A stretch of 64,000 bases of DNA from Candidatus Dojkabacteria bacterium (GCA_025993875.1 JAMQHH010000013.1:95744-159743), one strand, 5' to 3'; counted from the first letter of the stretch, positions 8,493-19,028 are shown. Notes: generated from the letters alone by a model not told the origin. Program-made: numbers and translations.

Positions 8493-10493
8493 TTAAATTA
8501 ACCCGGCTTTAATTCTTCTAATCCCTCCTCCGCTACTCTCCTCCTTAAATATTTTAAACCTTTTTCCTCCGTTTGCAAGTTCACTAGTGTTCCCAACATG
8601 CGGACCACCGCAAAATTCCATCGAAAATGGATCCTTTTCGTCGCCAATGCGATATATTGTTACAATCTCTCCATATTTTTGCCCAAATTCCATTTGCGCT
8701 CCCAATTTTTCGGCTTCTGCTTTTGGCATTTCCAGCCTTTCTACATTTAGCCCCTCAACTATTTTTTGATTAACAAGCTCTTCTACTTTTTTTATTTCGT
8801 CCTCCGTTAATTTTCTATCTAAATTAAAATCAATTCTTAACCGCTCGGCGGTAATATTGCTTCCTCTTTGTTTAATATTGGAATCGACAATTTTTTGGAG
8901 AGCTGCTAAAAGCAAATGATGTGCGGTGTGCAACTTTGTTGTTTCGATAGAATTATCTGCCAAACCACCTTTAAATTTTTGTTCACTCCCCGCGCGGGAT
9001 GCCTCGCGATGTTTTTGTTCCTCAGCTTTAAATTCTGCTTCGATTTTTTTTATTTGATTTTCGTCGGTTATTTTTAATTCCTCAATTATCATTTCGAGGG
9101 GGAAACCGTATGTTTCGTAGATATTGTATGCTGTTGCTCCGGAAATTGCCGATTCTATCTGTTGTAGAGAGGGAATTTGTTGAGGAGACGCAATCTGTTG
9201 ATGTGGAGACGCAAAATTTTGCGTCTCTACATTTTGCGGTATTTGTTTTTTGTCATTTTGTGTCTCTACAACAGCCCTTAGAAATTTTAGACCTTTTACA
9301 AGGGTTAATCTAAACGCGTTTTCTTCTTTATCTATGGCTTCTAAAACTGTTGCTTTTTGTTCCAAAAGGTGGGGATAGGCATTTTGCATTCTTTCTATTA
9401 CAGTTTCGGCAATAATCTTAGAAAAATTGTTATTAATCTCGAGCTTTATTCCGAATCTTATTAACCTTCTAATAAACCTGCGCAAAATATATCCCTGATC
9501 TTTATTGGATGGCATAACACCATCGGCCAAAATAAAGGTGGAGGCCCTTGCATGGTCGGCAATAATTCTGAATGCACTTGTAAATTCGTTTTCCTCCCCC
9601 TTTGTTTTATATGTTTTTCCAGATAACTGCCCTACTTTTTGGATTATCGGCATGTAAAGATCGGTTTCGAAGATATCATCTTTGCCTTGAACAATCATTA
9701 CTACCCTTTCGAATCCACCTCCAAAATCGATATTTTTTTGAGGGAGCATCTGCCATTTTAAATTAGTATCTAAAACATTTTGCATAAAAACATTGTTTCC
9801 AATCTCAATAAATCTCCCCGAATCATCATTTATATTGTATTTACCCTGCTCTACTCTAACCGAACCCAAATCGTAAAACATTTCCGAGGTAGGCCCGCCG
9901 AGTTCGCTTGGTGCGTGTGCTCTTTCCCACCAGTTCTTTTTTTTGGGAAAAGGAAAAATTCTATACTCCCAGTTTTTTCCCTCTTCCAGATTTTTAGGTA
10001 AATTAGAAATATCCTCGCAAAATTTGGCTGTTATTCCATATTTTAGAAAAGCCTCCTGCCAAATTTGTATTGCTTCAATATCCCTTGGCGCATCTGCGTC
10101 GCCTTCAAAAACACTTACATAAAGCCTGGACGGATCCAGATTACATTTTTCTATCCAAAACTCCATTATCCAGTTTATCTGCTCTTTTTTGAAAAAATCT
10201 CCCAGTGACCAGTTCCCAATCATCTCGAACATCGAGGTGTGCCTGTTATCACCTATTTCCATCAGATCATCGTAATTTGTTCGTAAACATCTTTGAATAT
10301 TCACTAATCGTTTTCCCATTGGATGAGGTAATCCTCCAAGATAAGGAGCCAATGGAAACATTCCTGAATTAACAAACAGAAGTGTTGAATCTACATTAGG
10401 AACAAGAGACATATTCGGAACAATTTTAGCGTTTCTGGGACTTTCGCTCCAAAAAGCTAAAAAGTCATTTCTAATTTCTTCGGAGGTTTTCAT
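8493..10493 (-). CDS. alaS: Alanyl-tRNA synthetase, short form (no C-Ala domain), with a Q/P-rich low-complexity insert
   Basis: N-terminus EIRNDFLAFW...STLLFVNSGMFPLAPYLGG. Editing-domain HxxxH (HTAHHLLLAALQ). 666 aa. Confidence 0.9.
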   Translation of the reverse strand: MKTSEEIRNDFLAFWSESPRNAKIVPNMSLVPNVDSTLLFVNSGMFPLAPYLGGLPHPMGKRLVNIQRCLRTNYDDLMEIGDNRHTSMFEMIGNWSLGDFFKKEQINWIMEFWIEKCNLDPSRLYVSVFEGDADAPRDIEAIQIWQEAFLKYGITAKFCEDISNLPKNLEEGKNWEYRIFPFPKKKNWWERAHAPSELGGPTSEMFYDLGSVRVEQGKYNINDDSGRFIEIGNNVFMQNVLDTNLKWQMLPQKNIDFGGGFERVVMIVQGKDDIFETDLYMPIIQKVGQLSGKTYKTKGEENEFTSAFRIIADHARASTFILADGVMPSNKDQGYILRRFIRRLIRFGIKLEINNNFSKIIAETVIERMQNAYPHLLEQKATVLEAIDKEENAFRLTLVKGLKFLRAVVETQNDKKQIPQNVETQNFASPHQQIASPQQIPSLQQIESAISGATAYNIYETYGFPLEMIIEELKITDENQIKKIEAEFKAEEQKHREASRAGSEQKFKGGLADNSIETTKLHTAHHLLLAALQKIVDSNIKQRGSNITAERLRIDFNLDRKLTEDEIKKVEELVNQKIVEGLNVERLEMPKAEAEKLGAQMEFGQKYGEIVTIYRIGDEKDPFSMEFCGGPHVGNTSELANGGKRFKIFKEESSGGGIRRIKAGLI

Positions 10494-10544
10494 ACAAAAA
10501 ATTAATTAGCTGATTATATCAATAGAAAAATATAAAATACAGCG

Positions 10545-11186
10545 CTATTTTGCCCTTCTAAATTCCTTAACAAATTCTATCGCTATTGCACAAAAATACA
10601 ATAAAATAACAAGCGCAATTGAAATGAGTACAGCATTTTCGAATGGTTTTAGAATTTTAAAAAATGTATCTCTCTTTTCGTATGCCAAAAACCCTGTTCC
10701 CGAAATTATAATGTTCCAAATAAAGCTTCCCGCAAGGGTAAATACAGTGTATTTAACGAAATTCATCTTTGCCAAACCTGCAGGAAAAGCTACAAGGCTT
10801 CTAATCCCGGGAATTAATCTACTTGTAAAAACAATTATGTTTCCTCTTTTTGCAAAAAGTTTTTCGACCTTGTTTATTTGATGCATAGAGATCAATAAAA
10901 ATTTACCGTAGCGGTTTACAATTGCTGGTAATAATTTTTTAGATCCCAAACGGGAAACCAGATAAAATGGGAGTGTTCCTGCAAAGTTGCCGAACGATGC
11001 AAAAATACATAATACAAGTAAAACCCCTAGTCCTCCATTAGCCTGAGCATAAAATCCTGCAGAAATTAATACTATTTCGGATGGAATTGGAGGAAAAAAA
11101 CTTTCTATTGCTGTTGCAAAAAATATGCCCAACAAACCTATCTTTTCGATAAGTGCTACCAGAAAATCAGCTATTTGTTCTAACAT
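10545..11186 (-). CDS. DedA/TVP38-family membrane protein
   Basis: 213 aa. Multi-TM. ..FFPPIPSEIVLISAGF.. is the characteristic DedA motif. Confidence 0.75.
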   Translation of the reverse strand: MLEQIADFLVALIEKIGLLGIFFATAIESFFPPIPSEIVLISAGFYAQANGGLGVLLVLCIFASFGNFAGTLPFYLVSRLGSKKLLPAIVNRYGKFLLISMHQINKVEKLFAKRGNIIVFTSRLIPGIRSLVAFPAGLAKMNFVKYTVFTLAGSFIWNIIISGTGFLAYEKRDTFFKILKPFENAVLISIALVILLYFCAIAIEFVKEFRRAK

Positions 11187-13731
11187 TTTTATAAAATAAA
11201 TTTAATACAAAATGGCCAACAATTATTAAAAATAATCCAATAATGCCGATACCCAGTATTAAAAGGAAATAGTTTATTGATAATTGTGTAACCTGATAAT
11301 AAGTTTGCGATGGAAAAATGGATAAACCCAGCATAAATATAATCGATAATGGAAAAATAGCAATTTTAATTAATTTATTTTTTGGAGAAAGAACTTTTAA
11401 CAAAAAAATGTAAACTAAAAACCCGGCAACAATCATTACAGATAGAAGCAGTATTTGATGAAACAGCAAATATTTATCTTGATAAACCGGTAAGATTGTT
11501 TGGTAAATTCCAATGGTTATTAGCGCTATAAACGAAAAAACTGCAATAAGTATGTTTTTTAATTTCCCTGCCTCCCATATTAAAAATAAAGAGTAGAAAA
11601 TGCTAAACACAAGTGCAAATAACACCAGAGCAGTATTTATCTCTATATGATTTTTCCCTAGGCTGTAAAGATAAAAATAGAGTGTAGCTATAAGAGCGGT
11701 AAATATAATGGATGTTGGAATTGAAGAAAACAGTACTTCTGTAAAAAACGGTCTTTGTTTCTTAACATTTTGCCGTGTAAAGATTATTAAATAACTGGGC
11801 GCACTGGAACCCAGAAAACTAAAAATTAATGTCGAAGTTGGGTGCAGTGGTAATGCTCTGCCTAAAATGGAAATTATTATTCCAAGTAAAATTGCCATAA
11901 ACGATTTAACTAAAAACATTTTAGTAGAAAGTTTAAGGTTGAATATTATGTTTTCACCCTCAAAAAATATTCCCGGGATTTTTTTATAATCGTTATTTAG
12001 CAAAACAATATCCGATATTTCTCTGGTAATTTTTGAACCCGATTCCATAGCAATAGAAACGTCAGAGGCTTTTAAACCTAAAACATCGTTTATTCCATCA
12101 CCAACCATGGCTACTTTATGTCCCCTACTTTTTAATGCTTTAATTAATTTCAACTTGTCTTCCGGTACGGCCCTTGTAAAAATTTTTATAGAGCCCGCAA
12201 GTTCCTCAATTTTCTCACTCTGTGTTTCGGATAAGTCAATTATTTCGGAGCTTTTAAATCCTATCTTCGTTGCTATACGGGAAACTGAAACTTTGCTATC
12301 GCCCGATATAATTTTTACATCAATACCCTGTGTTTTTAACCCGTTTAAAAGTTCTCCTATCCCGGGATTTAATTCTTCTTCTATTGTAAAAACTATAACC
12401 TTATCGGTTTTTTGCGGTAGAATTTTTGATTCCTTAAAACTATCTACTATTTCATCTTTGCTATTAAAAAGTATTCCAACCAGTAACCTGTTTCCTTCCT
12501 CCTCTTCTTTTTCTATATATTTCCCAAGCTCTAATAAAACCTCGTCGGAGATATTTTGTTTAAGAACGCTTATTGCCCCAAATATTATATTGACATACTC
12601 ATTGTTGAATTTTGCCGATACAAGACTGTATTTATTTTTAGAGGTAAATGGAATCTGGTTAAAATTCATTACCTGCTGTTTTGGATATTCACTAAAAAAT
12701 TCATTAATAAGTTTTTGAGTTTCGTTTACACTAATTATTTTTTTGGAGACACTGTTATAAAATTCACCAAATTCTTTTAAATTAAGATTAAACACTCTTG
12801 TTTTAATAATCTTCATTTTGTTTGTTGTTAAAGTGCCTGTTTTATCGAAGCAAATTGTATCGATATTGGCAAGCTCCTCTATACTTCCGCCCTTTTGGAT
12901 TAAGATTCCTTTATTAAAAAGTTTTGTTATAGAGATAGTAAATGTTAGGGTAAAAAGAAAAATCAACGTTTGAGGAATAATTAAAGCAATAATTGCCGTC
13001 AGGCTTAGAATTCTTTTAGTAACTTCCACACCGGTTGCTCCAGTAACTATAAAATTTAGGGCTGCTACTAAAAATCCTGATATTACAAGAAATGTTATGA
13101 GCTTGTTTCCATCTTCTTGTAATGAGCTTTGTTTCTTTTTATATAAAAAAGCTTCTGATCCAAGTTTATTTAGATAGTTAGATTTACCGACTTTCTCTAT
13201 CTTATATATGCAATTACCTGTAACTATAAAGCTTCCCGAAAGCACTTTGTCTCCAGGATCTTTTTCGATATAGTTAGATTCTCCGGTAAGCATTGATTCG
13301 TCCATTTGCAGGTAGTTTTCTTCCAAAACCTCGCCATCGGCAATTATGCCTTCGCCCTCTTTGCCTAAAACATAGTCACCCTCTACAATTTCGGATACAG
13401 GGATAATTTCCTCTCGATCTTCTCTAATAACTCTTGCTGTTTGTTGAAATTGCGATTTTAGCTTATCAAGTTTGCTTTTTGCTCTAACTTCGTCAAGGAT
13501 TGATACAATAGTGTTAATTGTTAAAAAAGTTGTAAATGCGAGAATTTCAACATAAAGTTGAAAAGTAGCGAGCACAATTAACATTGGAAAAAGAACAATA
13601 TTTACGAGGTTAAAAATGTTTCTGAAAATAATTTTGGTGTACGATGCGCTGTAAGAATCTATTGAGGTGTTAGTTAAGCCTATTGACTTTTTTTCCCGTA
13701 TTTCGGAATAGGTTAGCCCTTTGTATTTCAT
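11167..13731 (-). CDS. Cation-transporting P-type ATPase (type II-like)
   Basis: Phosphorylation motif CFDKTGTLTTN. Hinge motif MVGDGINDVLGLKASDVSIAM. 854 aa with N- and C-terminal TM bundles. Confidence 0.9.
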   Translation of the reverse strand: MKYKGLTYSEIREKKSIGLTNTSIDSYSASYTKIIFRNIFNLVNIVLFPMLIVLATFQLYVEILAFTTFLTINTIVSILDEVRAKSKLDKLKSQFQQTARVIREDREEIIPVSEIVEGDYVLGKEGEGIIADGEVLEENYLQMDESMLTGESNYIEKDPGDKVLSGSFIVTGNCIYKIEKVGKSNYLNKLGSEAFLYKKKQSSLQEDGNKLITFLVISGFLVAALNFIVTGATGVEVTKRILSLTAIIALIIPQTLIFLFTLTFTISITKLFNKGILIQKGGSIEELANIDTICFDKTGTLTTNKMKIIKTRVFNLNLKEFGEFYNSVSKKIISVNETQKLINEFFSEYPKQQVMNFNQIPFTSKNKYSLVSAKFNNEYVNIIFGAISVLKQNISDEVLLELGKYIEKEEEEGNRLLVGILFNSKDEIVDSFKESKILPQKTDKVIVFTIEEELNPGIGELLNGLKTQGIDVKIISGDSKVSVSRIATKIGFKSSEIIDLSETQSEKIEELAGSIKIFTRAVPEDKLKLIKALKSRGHKVAMVGDGINDVLGLKASDVSIAMESGSKITREISDIVLLNNDYKKIPGIFFEGENIIFNLKLSTKMFLVKSFMAILLGIIISILGRALPLHPTSTLIFSFLGSSAPSYLIIFTRQNVKKQRPFFTEVLFSSIPTSIIFTALIATLYFYLYSLGKNHIEINTALVLFALVFSIFYSLFLIWEAGKLKNILIAVFSFIALITIGIYQTILPVYQDKYLLFHQILLLSVMIVAGFLVYIFLLKVLSPKNKLIKIAIFPLSIIFMLGLSIFPSQTYYQVTQLSINYFLLILGIGIIGLFLIIVGHFVLNLFYKNVRTNS

Positions 13732-14906
13732 ATTTTGTTTAGTAATTTCTCTATCTCGTCTACTACTGCCGAAGGAGCATCTAAACTTATCATAGATTTG
13801 GCGGTTTCAACACACTCGGATAGGGCTTTATTATTAAATCCCTTACCTATTTTAAATTGATTTAACCCCATAAGCACGGTTTGGTAAAGTTTTTCGGCAT
13901 TAATCTCCTCTTTTTGCGGAAGATAGTATCCAAGCCCGGTACTTTCAATAAGTAATGCATTTTTTACCTGCTCATTATAAGAACTTTTGGGTAAAGGAAT
14001 AATTATTGACAACTTGCCTATGGCAAGCAGTTCTGTAACAGTATTTGCCCCTGCTCTGCATATTATTATAGTAGACGAGTTTAAAGCTTCTCCAATTTCT
14101 TCCGAACTAATATAGTCTTTAACGTTATATCGTAAACTAACAAACGAATTTAATGACTCCTTAATACGTAATGCTTTAGTATAATCTCCGGTTGCTTCCG
14201 AATTTCCTGTTTGGTGAATTACGTTAAAGTCTTCTAAAAGTTTTGGCAGTATTTCAAAAATTTTATCATTAATATGATGAGACCCCTGATTTCCACCCAT
14301 TACAAAAAGTATAGGACGAGTTTTATCAAAATCTCTTGTTAGTGTTAAACTTTTCGAGTACAAAATCTCCCTTCTAATTGGATTGCCAGTAAAAACTGTT
14401 TTAGCTTTGGGAAAAAATTTTTCAGAACTTTTCCAGCTTATTAGAACTTTGTTGGCGAGTTTAGCAATTATTTTATTAGCCAATCCTAAAATCTGTGTTT
14501 GCTCGTGTGTTATTATTTTCACTCTAAAAAGTTTTGCCCAGAAAACAACCGGTAAAGCCAGGAAACCGCCAAAAGATACAACAATATTTGGTTTTATTCT
14601 TATTATTAAAATAAGAGCATTGATAAACCCTGCTGGTATTAATAAAAGCTGTTTTATGCCATAAAATATTGTAGATACTTCCCAGTTTCTAATTAGTTTT
14701 CCTGTTTTTAGTGGGTAAAACTTAATACCCTCTTTTGTAACAGTTATATATTCGGCAGATTCTTTATTATTCCCTGCCTGATTTCTTTTTACACCTATCC
14801 AGTATATTTTATTATATCCTCTTTTCTTTAACTCATTTAGTGTTGCAAGTGCTGGGGTTAAATGCCCTCCCGTTATTAGAATTTTAGAACTATAATTTTT
14901 TTTCAT
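13728..14906 (-). CDS. murG: MurG-like undecaprenyl-PP-MurNAc-pentapeptide GlcNAc transferase (GT28)
   Basis: ILITGGHLTPALATL N-terminal G-loop and ..GGFLALPVV..HEQ.. motif. 392 aa. 4-nt overlap with the downstream ATPase gene. Confidence 0.75.
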   Translation of the reverse strand: MKKNYSSKILITGGHLTPALATLNELKKRGYNKIYWIGVKRNQAGNNKESAEYITVTKEGIKFYPLKTGKLIRNWEVSTIFYGIKQLLLIPAGFINALILIIRIKPNIVVSFGGFLALPVVFWAKLFRVKIITHEQTQILGLANKIIAKLANKVLISWKSSEKFFPKAKTVFTGNPIRREILYSKSLTLTRDFDKTRPILFVMGGNQGSHHINDKIFEILPKLLEDFNVIHQTGNSEATGDYTKALRIKESLNSFVSLRYNVKDYISSEEIGEALNSSTIIICRAGANTVTELLAIGKLSIIIPLPKSSYNEQVKNALLIESTGLGYYLPQKEEINAEKLYQTVLMGLNQFKIGKGFNNKALSECVETAKSMISLDAPSAVVDEIEKLLNKI

Positions 14907-14934
14907 AATAAAATTATATTATTACGGTTAAAAG

Positions 14935-15753
14935 TTATAAAGAGCTAATAAAATTTATATCGGAATAATTAATAAGCTTAACATTCAGCCTGGTCAGTTC
15001 ATTTTTTAATTCTTTGTTGGTAAGAATTAAGTACTCTTTCTTGCGCCAATCTTCTTCTAGCCCTGGATGAAAACTTATCTCTATAATCTCATTATTTTCT
15101 ATTTTGTCCAGCTCGGCTTTTATTATCTCTAAATAATTACTATACCTGTTCGGATAAAGTAATGAAAAATAATTGGTTGTTCCAATTTTTTGTTCTGTAA
15201 TTTTTTTGTTTAAGTTAATACAATGGTCAATATTGCCCATTCGATGTTGATTCCCTGCCCAATCAAACATTACCTGATTTCGTACTGGCAGTTTATATTC
15301 TTGAGCAATCGTAATAAAAGCTTCGAAAGAATTTGGCAATGAAGATGTGTAGTGGTGAGAATCCAGATGGGTAGGTAATTTGTTAAATAGGGCTATAAAC
15401 TTCTCAATCTGGCATTTATATTCTGAGTAAATATCATCCGGGTGATAGTTTTTAAAATAGTCCAGCCACTGCTCTCTATTGAACTGTTCAGGCAGATTTC
15501 TTTTGGGTCTGGAAAATTCACCATATTTTTTTAACCAGTTTTCTGTAAGAGGTGAACCAGATGTGATGTTTAAATGCAGGCCAAATCCCAGGGAACTACT
15601 AACATTCTGGGCTAATAAAAGATCTTCTTTGGAAATAAAATTAATCAGTATAGTTGTACTGGTTAAAACTCCGCTACGAAAACTATCGATTATTGCTTTG
15701 CTAATATCACTCCTATAACCAAAATCATCTGCGTTTGTAATAAGATATTTCAT
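14935..15753 (-). CDS. YdjC/ChbG-family carbohydrate deacetylase
   Basis: N-terminus MKYLITNADDFGYRSDISKAIIDSFRSGVLTSTTILIN matches the YdjC family signature (NADDFG...GxxTSTS). Confidence 0.7.
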   Translation of the reverse strand: MKYLITNADDFGYRSDISKAIIDSFRSGVLTSTTILINFISKEDLLLAQNVSSSLGFGLHLNITSGSPLTENWLKKYGEFSRPKRNLPEQFNREQWLDYFKNYHPDDIYSEYKCQIEKFIALFNKLPTHLDSHHYTSSLPNSFEAFITIAQEYKLPVRNQVMFDWAGNQHRMGNIDHCINLNKKITEQKIGTTNYFSLLYPNRYSNYLEIIKAELDKIENNEIIEISFHPGLEEDWRKKEYLILTNKELKNELTRLNVKLINYSDINFISSL

Positions 15754-15758
15754 TTATT

Positions 15759-17528
15759 TTAAAAAATTTCAAATCTATTTAACAGCTTTCTATTCCCGTC
15801 TATTTGATATTTTAACAAATCGGAATATATCCCTGGTTTTTTAGCAAGTTCTTGCGGGGTACCAATGCTTTCTATTTTATTGTTGTTAACCACTATAACT
15901 TTTGTTGCATTCTGAATTGTTGAGAATCTGTGAGCAATTATTATTACAAGCTTGTCTTTAATTAGATTTTCTATTGCTTGCGATACCTCAATTTCGGATT
16001 TAGAATCCAGGCTTGAAGTTGCTTCATCTAAAATTAAGATTGGAGCATCCTTATAAATTGCACGTGCTATTTGTATTCTTTGCCTTTGACCCCCCGATAG
16101 CTTTACTCCTCTTTCACCTATTTCGGAATAAATCTGTTTTGGCAGATTTTCAACAAAAGCCCAAGCATTAGCTTTTTTTAATGCCTTAATGCAACGGGAC
16201 TCGTCTGGGATAGCCCCATAACAAACATTTTCAAAAACAGTAGTCGAAAAAAGTTCATTTTCCTGAAAAACTAATGAAATATTACTTCTAATATATTGTT
16301 CGGACAACTGGCTATAAGGTTTATTATTTAAAAAAATCTCTCCGGTTGCCGGATCGTAAAGCTTTAAAATTAAATTTGCTATAGTTGTTTTACCCGCTCC
16401 ACTTGGGCCAACAAGAGCAACCATCTGATTTTTTTCAATGCTAAAATTTAAATCTGATAATAGCTCCTTCCCTTCATTATACTTAAAAGAAACATCTTTA
16501 AATTCGATAACTGGATTGTCTACTAACCTAACATTAGCATCTTTTTTTCTAAAGTCTTCTGTTGCCTCAACAGATAATATTTCAAAAAATTCTTTCGATC
16601 CCGATTCTGCCATCTGGATCTGTCCTAAAATATAAGACATTCCAAATAAGGGTTCCCGGGCTTTATTGACAAGTTGGATTAAAACGATAACTGTTCCTGC
16701 TGTAATAAGCCCGGAAAAAGCGTTGTAGAAAATTATCACAGTGATAATAAACATAATCAAGTACAAACTTCCCTCTCTTAAAAAATCAAAAATATGGAAT
16801 TCGTTACTTTGTTTATTATAAATTTTATTTATTTCATCTAGATTATTTTCTACCAATTCAAATTCTTTTTGCTCATTTGTAAAACCTTTCACAAGCTTTA
16901 TATTTGAGATCACCTCTTGTATTCTGCCACGAGTCTTATCTTCTATTATATTTTTTTGCTCTTCCTTTTTACCCCATCTTTTTGTAGAAATTGTGCTTAG
17001 AACAAGATAGATAGGGAATATTATAAGCATTAAAATACCAATCCAAAAGTTATAAAACAATAAAATAGCAATTACTATCATCCCTTGTAAAAAAGTTGGG
17101 ATAATAAAATTAGTAAAAACATTAGAAAATCCTTGGATAGATACAATTCCTCTATTTAGTTGATTAACAATTTTTCCCGAAATCTCCGAATCGTAAAATG
17201 ATTGGGATAAATTTAAAGATTGATTATAAAATATAACAGTTAAATGTTTTCTAATTCTTGCTGCAAGAAGGTCGCCAAGCCTTTGAGTAATAGAACGTGA
17301 AAACAAAAATACTATTGTTGTAATAAAAGACACTGCCAATAGTTGCACCAAAGGCTGGTAATTTTTTTGAGTAAGCGATGTTTGTAGTATTACCTCGTCC
17401 AGAATATAGCCGGATAATATCGGAGTTACAATCTCAAAAACCGCCCCCAAAATAGAAAATATAATAATTACAGCCATCAGTGGATGCATTGGTCTGGCAA
17501 GTTTAAGAATTTTAAAAATGTTTTTCAT
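15759..17528 (-). CDS. ABC exporter, fused permease/ATPase (MsbA-like)
   Basis: Six N-terminal TM segments. Walker A LVGPSGAGKTT. ABC signature LSGGQRQRIQIARAIY. Walker B ILILDEATS. Confidence 0.9.
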   Translation of the reverse strand: MKNIFKILKLARPMHPLMAVIIIFSILGAVFEIVTPILSGYILDEVILQTSLTQKNYQPLVQLLAVSFITTIVFLFSRSITQRLGDLLAARIRKHLTVIFYNQSLNLSQSFYDSEISGKIVNQLNRGIVSIQGFSNVFTNFIIPTFLQGMIVIAILLFYNFWIGILMLIIFPIYLVLSTISTKRWGKKEEQKNIIEDKTRGRIQEVISNIKLVKGFTNEQKEFELVENNLDEINKIYNKQSNEFHIFDFLREGSLYLIMFIITVIIFYNAFSGLITAGTVIVLIQLVNKAREPLFGMSYILGQIQMAESGSKEFFEILSVEATEDFRKKDANVRLVDNPVIEFKDVSFKYNEGKELLSDLNFSIEKNQMVALVGPSGAGKTTIANLILKLYDPATGEIFLNNKPYSQLSEQYIRSNISLVFQENELFSTTVFENVCYGAIPDESRCIKALKKANAWAFVENLPKQIYSEIGERGVKLSGGQRQRIQIARAIYKDAPILILDEATSSLDSKSEIEVSQAIENLIKDKLVIIIAHRFSTIQNATKVIVVNNNKIESIGTPQELAKKPGIYSDLLKYQIDGNRKLLNRFEIF

Positions 17529-17782
17529 ATATGGGCATAATTACTTATAGAAAATAATTTAAATACTAAAATATTGGTTTAAGAATATCTGCTAATTATA
17601 ATAACATAGTGGCGTTGTAAATTCTGATGCAGCAATATGTTAAAGGTTATTTAGTGTTTCCTGCCTGCGGCAGTTGGGAAAGGTAGATCTTTATCTTTAC
17701 TCAAAGTGTAGCCGGAGGTATTCTTAGCTTGTCGAATGAATAAAGAACACCCTTTGATTAGTAATCGATGTGCTTTACTACT

Positions 17783-18139
17783 TTAGTAACTTTCTATAAG
17801 TTCAAAGAGGTTTTCGTTTAATTCGGCGGTGATTTCGTCCAGAGATGAAATTGTATTGTCGATATCTTTAAGTATATTTTCTACAGTTAAAAATTTTTGA
17901 TTGTTCTCGTAATTTCTTTTTACAACTGGTGATAAAACTCCAATCACCAAAATTACTACTGTAACCAGTGTCAAATTCTTTACTTTAAATAAAACTCGAA
18001 AAAAAGAATTTACACTTGGTTTAGTTATTTTTTTATAAAGTCTTTCTAGATACAAATCGGAATTTGCATCAAAAGAAGCCGAATTTATTGAATCGATAAT
18101 AAAGTTTTCAAATTGTTTTAAATCTTTTGTATTTCCCAT
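17783..18139 (-). CDS. Putative anti-sigma factor (single-pass membrane protein), translationally coupled to the upstream ECF sigma gene
   Basis: 118 aa. One central TM (LTLVTVVILVIGVLSPVV). 22-nt overlap with the sigma gene. Assignment is from context only. Confidence 0.35.
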   Translation of the reverse strand: MGNTKDLKQFENFIIDSINSASFDANSDLYLERLYKKITKPSVNSFFRVLFKVKNLTLVTVVILVIGVLSPVVKRNYENNQKFLTVENILKDIDNTISSLDEITAELNENLFELIESY

Positions 18140-18648
18140 AATTTTTTTAATTTTTTTAAAAGTCTATTGTTAATCACCTTTACATTGGTAACAGTTATTC
18201 CCATTGCGCTGGCAATTTGTGCTATAGACAAATTTTTCTCATATTTCAATTGCATTACTTTTTGTTCTTTGGGACCTAGTTGTTGTGATAATGTTTTTAA
18301 TCTTTCAATGATTTTGTTATTTTTACTGGTATTCTTTACATCTGAATCTAAATTATCTTGGATAACTAAACTTTCCTCCAAAACTTTGTCCAGTAATACT
18401 ATTTCACCATTTATTTTGTACTTTTTTCTTAAAAAATCATTTAACTTGTTTTTACAAATTTCAAAAAGATATGGCTTTACGTTTTCCTGGCTCACCAGAT
18501 TGCCCCAGGAAATCCAAAGGCTGTTAAATGTATCCAAAGTTATCTCTTCTACATCTTCTATTAACGGGACTCTTTGTTTAAGGTAATTAAAAATATGTCC
18601 AAAGTATTTATTGTAATATTCCCTAAACTCTTTTTCCTTGGATACCAT
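18118..18648 (-). CDS. ECF-type sigma-70 family RNA polymerase sigma factor
   Basis: Region 2-like LIEDVEEITLDTFNSLW. Region 4 HTH LSIAQIASAMGITVTNVKVINNRLLKKLK. 176 aa. Confidence 0.7.
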   Translation of the reverse strand: MVSKEKEFREYYNKYFGHIFNYLKQRVPLIEDVEEITLDTFNSLWISWGNLVSQENVKPYLFEICKNKLNDFLRKKYKINGEIVLLDKVLEESLVIQDNLDSDVKNTSKNNKIIERLKTLSQQLGPKEQKVMQLKYEKNLSIAQIASAMGITVTNVKVINNRLLKKLKKLWEIQKI

Positions 18649-18659
18649 AAATTAAATTA

Positions 18660-18992
18660 TTAAAATTCCAAATCTCCTAAATCGTCAAAATCAGTTGCCG
18701 GTTCGAGGCTTTTTAAAAGAACATCAATCTCGTTTAAGGAAGAATTTATATCGCTAACTTCTTCTTTATTACTGTATTGAAAATCGTCGGGGCTAAGATC
18801 GTTAAAATCGTCTTCAGGCTTTAAATTAAAATTGTTTATGTCGGTTTCTATAGCAGAAATCTCCGATTGCTTTATAGGTTCTTTCTTAGTTATAAAAACA
18901 ATAGCTATTGCAAAAAAAATAATAGCAGCAACCAGTAAAATCAAAATAACCAAAAATTTAATTTTCATATTTTTCTTAATCTTAAATAACAA
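18660..18992 (-). CDS. Hypothetical N-terminally membrane-anchored acidic protein
   Basis: 110 aa. N-terminal TM, D/E-rich tail. Confidence 0.3.
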   Translation of the reverse strand: MLFKIKKNMKIKFLVILILLVAAIIFFAIAIVFITKKEPIKQSEISAIETDINNFNLKPEDDFNDLSPDDFQYSNKEEVSDINSSLNEIDVLLKSLEPATDFDDLGDLEF

Positions 18993-19028
18993 TCGTAGAA
19001 GATCACTCTCCTTTGAAATTTTAACATT

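Noticed and set aside
8493-10493. AlaRS being a truncated pseudogene because it is only 666 aa
   Set aside because: Catalytic, tRNA-recognition and editing (HxxxH) regions are all present and in frame. Only the dispensable C-Ala domain is missing, as in many reduced genomes.
12107-12780. 203-aa and 74-aa plus-strand ORFs
   Set aside because: Antisense inside the P-type ATPase gene, whose own frame carries unambiguous DKTGT and GDGxND motifs.
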